Positions 45,469 through 53,318 of a stretch of DNA of 53,318 nt are shown here, piece after piece. The translations under genes were made by a program, and so were the position numbers. The stretch's first letter is position 1, and every line of letters begins with the position of its first letter. Under the pieces are notes generated by a model. That model searched no databases. It had not been told where the DNA came from and was given only the letters and a program-made list of their open reading frames with translations. Source of the stretch: a virus (taxonomy: Duplodnaviria; Heunggongvirae; Uroviricota; Caudoviricetes); IMG/VR virus record IMGVR_UViG_3300033463_000040, positions 1-53,318 of that record; one strand, given 5' to 3'.

Positions 45469-45981
45469 TTACTCCACAGTAATCGATTTTGGTTTGGGCT
45501 TATTAGGTTGAGGTATTTTAACAATTACGCGTAATAAGCCATCTTTAAGCTTTGCAGATTCAAATTCTGTATCTTCTGTTACACTATGAGACCAAGTAAA
45601 CTGTGTTTTAGATGAGATATTATGTTCATATTCTTTACCATAATGTTCACTTTTTGTATTAGGTTCTTCTTCTTTATCACCCATAAAAGTACCTTCAATT
45701 TTCATAATACCTTTATCAATAGTAATATCTAATTTACTATTATCATGATTCCATCCTGGTAAAGCCAATTCAAATAACAAACGTTCTTCATCTTTTGTAG
45801 ATACGTTTTTAACATTAGCACGAGGAAATCCGGTACGATCTATTAATGTATTTCTTAATGTTGGAATATCATTATCCCAATTAATAAAGGGATTAAAATT
45901 AAAAAAACCGTCAAAATCACGCAATAATTCTGAAATAGCGTTTGCTGGACGGGATAATGTTAGTGTATTTTTTTCTGTCAT
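45469..45981 (-). CDS. Small heat shock protein (Hsp20 family)
   Basis: FPRANV, FELALPGW, LDITIDKGIMKIEG, SAKLKDGLLRVIV alpha-crystallin pattern. Confidence 0.85.
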   Translation of the reverse strand: MTEKNTLTLSRPANAISELLRDFDGFFNFNPFINWDNDIPTLRNTLIDRTGFPRANVKNVSTKDEERLLFELALPGWNHDNSKLDITIDKGIMKIEGTFMGDKEEEPNTKSEHYGKEYEHNISSKTQFTWSHSVTEDTEFESAKLKDGLLRVIVKIPQPNKPKPKSITVE

Positions 45982-46041
45982 ATCATACTCCTATTTTTAT
46001 AGTAAGTTATTAAAACGTAAACCAGGTTATTCTGTATTTAC

Positions 46042-46077
46042 TTTTATTAGAACTATAAATTTTCAGTTCTATATAAT
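46042..46077. promoter_or_regulatory. Back-to-back pair of GTTCTA promoters
   Basis: Minus GTTCTAATAAAA (46053-46042) and plus GTTCTATATAAT (46066-46077). Confidence 0.6.
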
Positions 46078-46108
46078 ATATAGAAATTATTTTAAAAATT
46101 TAAACCCC

Positions 46109-46582
46109 ATGTATAGCAGAACTTCATTTAAAACAAGAGCTAAAATTAAATCTATACTAAACAGGAAAAAAGCTATTCCTAGACAGCAATTAATTAAAGT
46201 AGGCAATACAAATATTAAACATGGAATATCTCAATCTGAAATAAATTGGCTTAATTTATTAGGTGTACCCGAAAGATCTAAGTTAATAAGAGGTTTTCAT
46301 GGAAAGATTTATATAGTTGATGGTTATGATCCTAAAACTAATACATGTTTTGAATATTTAGGTTGTAGTTGGCATGGTTCTCATCGTACTTATTCTAGAA
46401 ATAGAGATGCAATTATACCTTTCCTTAAAAAATCACCAAATCAATTATACAATGAAACGATAGAAAGATTTAATTTTCTTCAAAGTATTGGCTGTAAAAT
46501 TTTCTTTGTTTGGGAAGATGACGATAAAAAAAGAAGATCAAATGGGCGTTTTTATAGAGGTCCTGGTGATAATCTATATTAA
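46109..46582 (+). CDS. Vsr/DUF559-like PD-(D/E)XK endonuclease
   Basis: SQSEINWL, IVDGYD, CFEYLGCSWHG, IFFVWEDD. Confidence 0.6.
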   Translation: MYSRTSFKTRAKIKSILNRKKAIPRQQLIKVGNTNIKHGISQSEINWLNLLGVPERSKLIRGFHGKIYIVDGYDPKTNTCFEYLGCSWHGSHRTYSRNRDAIIPFLKKSPNQLYNETIERFNFLQSIGCKIFFVWEDDDKKRRSNGRFYRGPGDNLY

Positions 46583-46593
46583 AAGGTGTAATT

Positions 46594-46953
46594 ATGACAT
46601 TAAGACAAATATTAGATCAAACATTAGAATTATTAGAATATGAAGGTAAATTTAAATCATTTGGTGATCTTCAAAAACATAAATATCAAATGTCAAAACC
46701 TGATGAAGATAAAGAAATTCGTCGTATTATGTATGAAGGTGGTTTAGGTAACAGTGAAGAAGCTAAGGCAAAAGCACGGGAAACAAAATTAAAAAAGCGT
46801 AAAGAGGGTAAATATGATGAAGCATATAAAACGGCTGCTTCACGTAGAGCCAATTGGTATAAAAACCCTGAAAATTATGAAAAATTTAAAAAAGCATTAC
46901 AAAAACGTGATAAGAAAAAATTAATATCTCAATCTTCAGGTAGTAATGCTTGA
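46594..46953 (+). CDS. Hypothetical basic protein
   Basis: 119 aa Lys-rich ORF with AAGGTG RBS-like sequence. Confidence 0.55.
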   Translation: MTLRQILDQTLELLEYEGKFKSFGDLQKHKYQMSKPDEDKEIRRIMYEGGLGNSEEAKAKARETKLKKRKEGKYDEAYKTAASRRANWYKNPENYEKFKKALQKRDKKKLISQSSGSNA

Positions 46954-47318
46954 ATTTCTTTACATTTATCTATTTCACTTATACTCAATTTTTTACCGGA
47001 ATTAACTCTTTTCCGGTATTTTTCTAATTCTTGATCTATATAACGAGCAAGATATTTTTTATGCATATTTTTTGCAGATTGTTCTGTATTGAACAAAAAT
47101 GTATGACAAGGTAGCGTAATAGAGCCACGCAAATATACAGTAAAACTATATCTAGGAGCTCTTTTATAAAATTCTTCCAAATTATTTGTTTTTGGTAAAT
47201 CTGGATTATAGTAAGATTTACAAATATCCGAAACTTTACCTATCTTATAATTTTTAGGAATATTAAACTCTTGATTGATATGTTCAATCGTTTGTTTATA
47301 CGCTACCTTTTTCATCAT
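46929..47318 (-). CDS. Hypothetical protein
   Basis: 129 aa with AAGGAG RBS. Confidence 0.6.
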   Translation of the reverse strand: MMKKVAYKQTIEHINQEFNIPKNYKIGKVSDICKSYYNPDLPKTNNLEEFYKRAPRYSFTVYLRGSITLPCHTFLFNTEQSAKNMHKKYLARYIDQELEKYRKRVNSGKKLSISEIDKCKEIQALLPED

Positions 47319-47342
47319 ACTCTCCTTTCTACGATAACTATA

Positions 47343-47741
47343 TTAATCTTCTTTAATATCTTTACCATAAACTTTTTTATTTTTTGGTTCAAAGCGTTTG
47401 ATCACATTCATTACACTCCAGTGATCGAATAAAGGATTCGCTTTTGCGAATCCTTCCAACTCAGCATGATGCTTCTGCATAAATTTTACTGCATCTTTCT
47501 TGCTTTCAAAGCATAATCCAGAATACAATTCTTTTCTTTCATTTATGTAGCCAATATCTTTGCCGCGTGGAAGGGAAGTATCCCAAGGTTTCCATTTCTT
47601 AGAACCTTCTTTGAGAGTTACTTGATTTGTTGCTGTATCATATTCAACAAAGGCTTCGCGTGCTGCTGTACCTCTTTTGAATTTTGTTTCACGATTTCCA
47701 CATCTTTGCCATGTATGAAGTTTTATTTTTACTATTCCCAT
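47343..47741 (-). CDS. Hypothetical protein
   Basis: 132 aa, strong AGGAGG RBS, upstream TATAAT at 47847-47842. Confidence 0.65.
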   Translation of the reverse strand: MGIVKIKLHTWQRCGNRETKFKRGTAAREAFVEYDTATNQVTLKEGSKKWKPWDTSLPRGKDIGYINERKELYSGLCFESKKDAVKFMQKHHAELEGFAKANPLFDHWSVMNVIKRFEPKNKKVYGKDIKED

Positions 47742-47924
47742 GTGCGTCCTCCTTGGTAGTAAAATTTATTTTCATTGGTTTTGAAATCGAAATCGAATAA
47801 CCTTTCTTTCAAAGTATATTCTTTTTTCTTTTTCCTATTGTATTATAACGCCTTTTCATAAAAAAAGAAAGCGAAAAATAAAATTTTTTTCGCTTAATTT
47901 TCCAAACTGTTTATAAAATACGGT

Positions 47925-48305
47925 TTATGCATAACAATGATATATATAATCATATAACTCTTCTACATTATTAATAGTATAAGTTACATCACCTTCTTTT
48001 ATTGTAAAAAACTTATGATCTGCTTCACCGATTTTTTTACAAATGCCTGCCTCATCTGGCTCACCATAAATATTATTATTAACTTCATATAACCAATATT
48101 CAATAAGATTATAAGGATCATCTGGGTCTAAATCCATCGCTTGACATAATAATGTAATATATCGTTTACACATTTTATCAAAGCCTGTAAACAGTAACCC
48201 ATTTCCATCAAAGAATTTTTCAGCAAATGCAGTAATATCTAAACGAAGCCGATCTTCTTCATCAAAGAATTTCATAGCATTTACAAACTGTTCTTTAGTA
48301 AGCAT
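47925..48305 (-). CDS. Hypothetical protein
   Basis: 126 aa; LIEYWLYE...TINNVEELYDYI. Confidence 0.6.
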   Translation of the reverse strand: MLTKEQFVNAMKFFDEEDRLRLDITAFAEKFFDGNGLLFTGFDKMCKRYITLLCQAMDLDPDDPYNLIEYWLYEVNNNIYGEPDEAGICKKIGEADHKFFTIKEGDVTYTINNVEELYDYIYHCYA

Positions 48306-48308
48306 ATT

Positions 48309-48854
48309 TTATAATCCTAATTTCTTTTTAATATAGCTAAACCAACTTTTCTTTTTTGCTTTTGGATCTATTATTTTTTCAGCAATAATTATTTCATTAC
48401 TTAATAATGCTCGTAACTGAGCTTTAGTAATATCCCAACAAGCATTTGTACCAATATTTGTTAATTTATATTGAATTTTATCATCTTCATCTAAATAATA
48501 TTTTACAATTAAAGTTTGACGTTTAACACCTTCTTCAAATTTACTTGTAAATTGAATATTACAAGATAAATGTTTAATAAAACAATACTCTACTTTATCT
48601 GAAATATTTTTAAGATCATTTTCTACTTGCTTAATCAATTCCTTTTCTTCTAAATACAATTTAATATATCTAGCAACCGACCAAGGTGTAGTTAATGTAT
48701 CTTTAAACTCACCATAAACTAAAATATCATCTTCTTCAAGTAGTTCTTTAGCTGTATCAAAAGGAATACTATCATAATCGTCTAATTTTTTTAATTTTAG
48801 ACGTTTTTTAAATTCATCTTTTACAACTTCTAATAATTCTTCAAATTGATCCAT
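48309..48854 (-). CDS. Hypothetical protein
   Basis: 181 aa ORF in a tightly packed run. Confidence 0.6.
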   Translation of the reverse strand: MDQFEELLEVVKDEFKKRLKLKKLDDYDSIPFDTAKELLEEDDILVYGEFKDTLTTPWSVARYIKLYLEEKELIKQVENDLKNISDKVEYCFIKHLSCNIQFTSKFEEGVKRQTLIVKYYLDEDDKIQYKLTNIGTNACWDITKAQLRALLSNEIIIAEKIIDPKAKKKSWFSYIKKKLGL

Positions 48855-48865
48855 AATTATAACCT

Positions 48866-49072
48866 TTAAATATGAGATTTATGCTTAAGAACCTTTGCAA
48901 ATTTATGGCTATACATACCTCTTGCACGACGTTGTTTACGATTCATTCTTTTAAATAAGGGTGTATTACCAACATTTGATGCACTAGAAAGTGAACCATC
49001 TGGATTAAATTGCATTCCCAAAGCTTTTGCTAACGAAGCATCTTGAGCGGATGTACTAACAGCATCTGACAT
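48866..49072 (-). CDS. Hypothetical protein
   Basis: 68 aa, AAGGAG RBS, GTTCTATATATT motif at 49103-49092. Confidence 0.6.
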   Translation of the reverse strand: MSDAVSTSAQDASLAKALGMQFNPDGSLSSASNVGNTPLFKRMNRKQRRARGMYSHKFAKVLKHKSHI

Positions 49073-49131
49073 ATAAAACTCCTTTATTTATAATATATAG
49101 AACATTATATAAACGAGGATTATATAAAAAA

Positions 49132-49524
49132 TTATTCCATTTCTGTTGATGTTTCTTTAAGCAGTTGTTCTTCTATGGCTAATACAGTTTTAACATAACT
49201 ATATGCATTCATTTTTAATAAAACTTCAAAACTTTCTTTTTTATCTGGACAAACTTTACACAAATTATTATAAATTATCTCATAACCAAGAAGTATTATC
49301 TTAGCAAAGTCATTTCTTTCTTTTGCTTCCATATAATTTATCATAAATCCATCAAAAGATGTATTTATAAGATGCGGAGGATCTAAATTAACTGTACCGT
49401 AAATACCATTATTAGCATGTATATCTACCCAAGCTGAAGTACCTACTGGTATAGTACAAAGATCTTCTTTTTTTATTTCTTCATCAACTGAAGCTTGGCC
49501 GTTTCTAAGGATAGAATCAAACAT
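49132..49524 (-). CDS. Hypothetical protein
   Basis: 130 aa with AAGGAG RBS inside the 3' end of the ligase gene. Confidence 0.55.
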   Translation of the reverse strand: MFDSILRNGQASVDEEIKKEDLCTIPVGTSAWVDIHANNGIYGTVNLDPPHLINTSFDGFMINYMEAKERNDFAKIILLGYEIIYNNLCKVCPDKKESFEVLLKMNAYSYVKTVLAIEEQLLKETSTEME

Positions 49525-51362
49525 TTTTGCTCCTTTGCTTTCATGATTTTACTAGAAGTACTATTTGGATCTTTTGCAATCAGAACATTTACTTTTTTAC
49601 TAAATGTTTCAGTTACTGTAGCTCCATTATCTTCTAAATATTTTGCGAATTCTTTATCTCTAACACCTGTAAAGCATATCACATATTTATTAAAAGGTAA
49701 AGTCGAATTTTTCTGTATTTTCTTAAATTGATATCCAAAAGATTTAAATAGACTAATTATACTTAACCAATTACCATAGTTATTGTTATATTGCTTTACT
49801 CTATTAGACCCAAAATTTTCAATTTCTTCAGTTAAAGATACCAGTTCACCATATTTTTGTTCAATTTGAGATAATAAACTTTCACCAAAACCTGGACCAA
49901 ATGCACCACAAGCATCTGCAAGTTTAGATTCAGTAATTTCATCTTTAATTTTTTGAATACTATTATATAATTTACTACCATTAACTCCCAATGCAATTAC
50001 AAATGTTGCTTCATTAAATGATAACAAAAATAATGGATTTTCAAGCTGTGGATTCATATCTAGAAGCTTTTTCATAGATGCTTCACCTGCTTGATCTAAT
50101 TTTAATGTTTCAGCAAAATGCATTAATCGTTGAATAGTTACTTCTTTTATACTTTTATCTTTTAAATATAAATCTACACCCTCTTGATAAATATCATTAG
50201 GCAAATTAAAATCAGTTGAAGGTGTTAATACTTCTTCAAGATATGGAATAACTAATCCGGCCCGTTTAATTATTACTTTAGATCCAATACCACATTGTTT
50301 ATCTACTAAATTTTGATAATTATGACCTGTTACATTAGATATAGTAGATCCACATAATTCAATTGGTTCAATATTTAATACCGGAGTTAATTTACCTGAT
50401 TTTGAAGGTTGCCAAGTAATATCTTTAACGATAGATTCTGCTTTATTATCATAAATACCAATCTTAAATTTACGACTACATTTAGGATTAATAGTACCAG
50501 ATATAAAGCCTTCTTCTGGATTATCTACTTGTGTTAAAATAATACCATCTATTTCATATTTAGATATAAATAAGAATTCTTTTACTTGTTCAATTAATTC
50601 TTTTTCTGTAGTAGTATCATCTATTTCAAAATTCCAAGGCGTTTCAAATCCAAGTTCGTCTAAATAATCATCTATATCTAATCCTTTGCCTTTTGAACTC
50701 CAATATGCAACAAAATGTGCATGCTTAAATACAGCTTCATTACTTTCTTTTCTATTTAAAGCACCGGCAATGGTATTACGTCCATTCTTTTGTTCTTTGC
50801 CTTCTATTTCTGCTACTTCTTGTAACATTGTAGATATTTCATCTTTAGGACATAATAATTCACCACGAACTACTAACGTATCAGTATTTGTTATGGTTTG
50901 TGGTATATTAGATATAAAAGGAATATGACGCATGATATCTTTTCCTTTTATACCTCTACCTCTAGTTGCAGCTGAATATAATTTACCTTCTTTATATGTA
51001 AGAATGATAGAACAACCATCTAATTTTTCACTCAATAAAAACAAATGATGACCTACTTTCCATTTGTCCCAATCTCCTTCTTTTAACTCTTCCATACTTC
51101 CCATTGGTTCACTATGAATTACTTCTTTACCATAACCCGCATTTTCAGCTTGTAATTCTTTAAAAAATTTATTGCCAGGCCATTTCTTTTTAGCTTCAGT
51201 ATATATAATATCATATATACTATCAACTAAGCGCGTTTCAGTTAATTCTAAATTTAAAATCTTATTAACTTGTACCAAATCTTCCTGAGTTAATACATAT
51301 ACCCCACCTTCTGAATAGGCAAGATTAGCGGCTTTAATAATATCTTTTATTTTCTTATTCAT
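49473..51362 (-). CDS. ligA: NAD-dependent DNA ligase
   Basis: SEKLDG, VRGE, RNTIAGAL, EIDGIIL, TPVLNIEPIELCGSTISNVTGHN, C-terminal BRCT (ICFTG...FSKKVNVLIA). Confidence 0.92.
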   Translation of the reverse strand: MNKKIKDIIKAANLAYSEGGVYVLTQEDLVQVNKILNLELTETRLVDSIYDIIYTEAKKKWPGNKFFKELQAENAGYGKEVIHSEPMGSMEELKEGDWDKWKVGHHLFLLSEKLDGCSIILTYKEGKLYSAATRGRGIKGKDIMRHIPFISNIPQTITNTDTLVVRGELLCPKDEISTMLQEVAEIEGKEQKNGRNTIAGALNRKESNEAVFKHAHFVAYWSSKGKGLDIDDYLDELGFETPWNFEIDDTTTEKELIEQVKEFLFISKYEIDGIILTQVDNPEEGFISGTINPKCSRKFKIGIYDNKAESIVKDITWQPSKSGKLTPVLNIEPIELCGSTISNVTGHNYQNLVDKQCGIGSKVIIKRAGLVIPYLEEVLTPSTDFNLPNDIYQEGVDLYLKDKSIKEVTIQRLMHFAETLKLDQAGEASMKKLLDMNPQLENPLFLLSFNEATFVIALGVNGSKLYNSIQKIKDEITESKLADACGAFGPGFGESLLSQIEQKYGELVSLTEEIENFGSNRVKQYNNNYGNWLSIISLFKSFGYQFKKIQKNSTLPFNKYVICFTGVRDKEFAKYLEDNGATVTETFSKKVNVLIAKDPNSTSSKIMKAKEQKCLILSLETAKLQLMKK

Positions 51363-51600
51363 CTGTGTTTGTCGAAGTATCTGTATCTCTACTTTGCATT
51401 ACTAAATTCCAATGATTTACTGCACCTTTTTTATTAGCACCAACAAATTCATATGGACTATATTTTTCACAATTAGTACATCTAGCATATACCAAATTAT
51501 CTACCTTAAAATAGGTAGGATAACTTATTATGTTTTTACGCCTACATATCTTACAAGGTGCTGCTCCATTCGAATCTAACACAAGGTCTTTTTCATTCAT
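51355..51600 (-). CDS. Small Zn-finger protein (Lar-like)
   Basis: PCKIC...RCTNC...AVNHWN. Confidence 0.5.
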   Translation of the reverse strand: MNEKDLVLDSNGAAPCKICRRKNIISYPTYFKVDNLVYARCTNCEKYSPYEFVGANKKGAVNHWNLVMQSRDTDTSTNTDE

Positions 51601-51627
51601 TTTTTCAAATCCTCTTTATTTATTATA

Positions 51628-51656
51628 ATTATATACCAAAAAGATTATATTGTAAA
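51628..51656 (-). promoter_or_regulatory. Sigma70-type promoter
   Basis: TTTACA-N17-TATAAT on the minus strand. Confidence 0.65.
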
Positions 51657-51702
51657 ACAAAATTTTTCCAAAAACTATATATTTTAAATAGTTCTATATA
51701 AT

Positions 51703-52032
51703 ATGTCAGATTATATGTATATTATTGCAAATGATAAAGGTTATATTAAAGTAGGTGTATCTAATAATCCAGATCGCCGTTTAAGACAATTACAAACTGG
51801 TAATGCACATAAACTTACATTATTATATACAGAAGCTTTTGAATGTACCCGAGCACATTTATTAAAGATAGAAAAAATTGTACATAAAGAATTAAAAAAA
51901 GTGTCTACAAAATGTATGGGAGAATGGTTTTTTGTAGACACTGATGATATAACTAAGATTAAAAATATAATTATTTATTATCGTATTCGTTATGAAGATG
52001 ATTTAATGGCATTTAACCGTTTATTCCATTAA
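51703..52032 (+). CDS. GIY-YIG superfamily protein (T5orf172-like)
   Basis: YMYII...YIKVGVSNNPDRRLRQLQTGN...EKIVH...GEWF; GTTCTA-N6-ATG upstream. Confidence 0.8.
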   Translation: MSDYMYIIANDKGYIKVGVSNNPDRRLRQLQTGNAHKLTLLYTEAFECTRAHLLKIEKIVHKELKKVSTKCMGEWFFVDTDDITKIKNIIIYYRIRYEDDLMAFNRLFH

Positions 52033-52700
52033 TTCCATAAATTTCCATAATGTTTTACAAATAAATATTTACCTACTTCTCTCATATTATATACTATATC
52101 CTCTGTACAAAAATAATAACCTTCTCTATATTCACGATTAGATACTAATTTAGCCCAAATTTCTTTCTTTTCTTTTAATGTTTTGGCTTTGTCTAATTGT
52201 TTATTGCATTTTTTTACCATAGGTTCCCATTTTTTATTCCATCCATCCCAATCAGTATTTTCTAATTCCATATCATCAAAAGCATCACACATATGAGTTA
52301 AAATATCTGACCATTCTTTTATAGCGCGATTCCAACATCTTTTATCCTCTTTTTTATCGGCTAATCTACTCCAATGAGAATCCCATTTATAACCCTTTTT
52401 TAAAGATTTTTGTTGTTCATCCCATAAAAAGCTACTTGGAACATATGCTGGATTATCAATATATACATCTTTAAAAGCTCTTAAACGTGGTGCAATAAGT
52501 TTAGTTAAACTATAATCCAAACTCCAAAGCTCTGTTTCATCAAATCCTTTAGTCCAGCGATCTTTTAAAGTACGCCAATAAAAATGTGTAAATATTGTAC
52601 GACCTTGATACTTAGGAATCAATCTACGAATACCCTTATAATACCCGTAATGTACTACATTTTCTAAAAAATCTTTAAATCTATTCTTTTTCATCTTCAT
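52029..52700 (-). CDS. Hypothetical phage protein
   Basis: ETELWSLDYSLTKLIAPRLRAFK...YLFVKHYGNLW; start set at the ATG after AAGGAG. Confidence 0.65.
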   Translation of the reverse strand: MKMKKNRFKDFLENVVHYGYYKGIRRLIPKYQGRTIFTHFYWRTLKDRWTKGFDETELWSLDYSLTKLIAPRLRAFKDVYIDNPAYVPSSFLWDEQQKSLKKGYKWDSHWSRLADKKEDKRCWNRAIKEWSDILTHMCDAFDDMELENTDWDGWNKKWEPMVKKCNKQLDKAKTLKEKKEIWAKLVSNREYREGYYFCTEDIVYNMREVGKYLFVKHYGNLWN

Positions 52701-52845
52701 TGCTCCTTTTTTCAATCTCTTTTTTTAATGCTTCATATAACTTCTTAACTTTTTTATTACAATTTGTTTCATATTCTATTTTAATATTTAAAAATTCAGT
52801 CAGTAACTCTAAATCTTCTAATTTACTTACTTCATTTGGTTTCAT
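52681..52845 (-). CDS. Small hypothetical protein (54 aa)
   Basis: Not in the track. AAGGA RBS; MKPNEVSKLEDLELLTEFLNIKIEYETNCNKKVKKLYEALKKEIEKRSNEDEKE*. Confidence 0.55.
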   Translation of the reverse strand: MKPNEVSKLEDLELLTEFLNIKIEYETNCNKKVKKLYEALKKEIEKRSNEDEKE

Positions 52846-52854
52846 ATCTAATCC

Positions 52855-52950
52855 TTATAATTCTGGTGATACAAATATTGCAGTAAATAAAACTATTATA
52901 CCTAATCCTATTATTATGTAGTCTAAAATTGTCGATTCATCTTTTACCAT
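52855..52950 (-). CDS. Small membrane peptide (31 aa)
   Basis: TAATG coupling with the upstream gene; MVKDESTILDYIIIGLGIIVLFTAIFVSPEL*. Confidence 0.5.
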   Translation of the reverse strand: MVKDESTILDYIIIGLGIIVLFTAIFVSPEL

Positions 52951-53318
52951 TATTTTCCTGCACTATTCTTAATTGATTCAAGATATGATTCTTCTGAATC
53001 TGATCTACTTAATAAAATAGTATTTAATTGACCACCTATAACTTGTCCTATTGCATAATAATCATTTAAAATAGTTAATGATTTCCAAATACAATTACCT
53101 ACTGTAATATCTGTAATCAATAAATCTGGATATGTAAATGATTCAGCATCAGCATTAGGATTTTTATTCAAATATGAAGCTAAATCAAAACATTCATCAA
53201 ATTGTTTTATTTCTATTTTATTATTCCAAAAATGAACATCTAATGTTTGTGTAATAACGTCATGATAAGGTATACTTTTGTTATCAGCTGCTAAAATAAT
53301 AACTGTTTTAGGATTTTC
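52950..53318 (-). CDS. Hypothetical protein, 5' end beyond the right edge
   Basis: The frame of the tracked 73 aa ORF stays open to base 53318 (ENPKTVIILAADNKSIPYH...). Confidence 0.65.
   Translation of the reverse strand, partial: ENPKTVIILAADNKSIPYHDVITQTLDVHFWNNKIEIKQFDECFDLASYLNKNPNADAESFTYPDLLITDITVGNCIWKSLTILNDYYAIGQVIGGQLNTILLSRSDSEESYLESIKNSAGK

Noticed and set aside
32498-52921. Short track ORFs 32498-32680, 37904-38113, 44665-44850, 44886-45080, 49495-49731, 50686-50928, 51741-51941, 52700-52921
   Set aside because: Shadow ORFs overlapping recognised genes
1-53318. CRISPR arrays, rRNA, IS elements, reverse transcriptase/DGR
   Set aside because: No regularly spaced repeats, rRNA-like tracts, transposase or RT motifs were seen by eye

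Overview
AT-rich 53 kb segment of a large, T4-like myovirus genome, translated in the standard code. I saw no CRISPR array or rRNA. Left part (1-20.7 kb, minus strand): baseplate and tail morphogenesis (gp7/gp6/gp25/gp5/gp27/gp53-like, tape measure, gp26-like chaperone, tube-like proteins), terminase large subunit and small DNA-binding candidates. Middle (20.8-41.4 kb, plus strand): a dense metabolic and replication block with a CofE-family ligase, tRNA-Arg, glyA, clpP, iscS/iscU, recA, a GapR/DsbA-like protein, a family B DNA polymerase fused to an AEP primase domain, bS21, dUTPase, a DUF5664-like protein, a ThyA-family enzyme, ferredoxin, thioredoxin, nrdG, a two-gene nrdD, tdk and an adenine methyltransferase. 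Right part: Stealth-like and GT2 transferases, AAA+ ATPase, Hsp20, a Vsr-like nuclease, orphan genes and NAD-dependent ligase. Lead hypothesis: the ThyA homologue carries both specificity-switch substitutions (His147 to Leu, Asn177 to Asp, E. coli numbering) that favour dCMP over dUMP. Together with phage-borne folate enzymes, this points to a pre-replicative cytosine modification pathway. Other highlights: the PolB-primase fusion, a candidate +1 frameshift in the tail chaperone, the split class III RNR, and a phage-specific promoter whose start sites fall inside hairpins. All family assignments come from motif recognition by eye; no database search was run.
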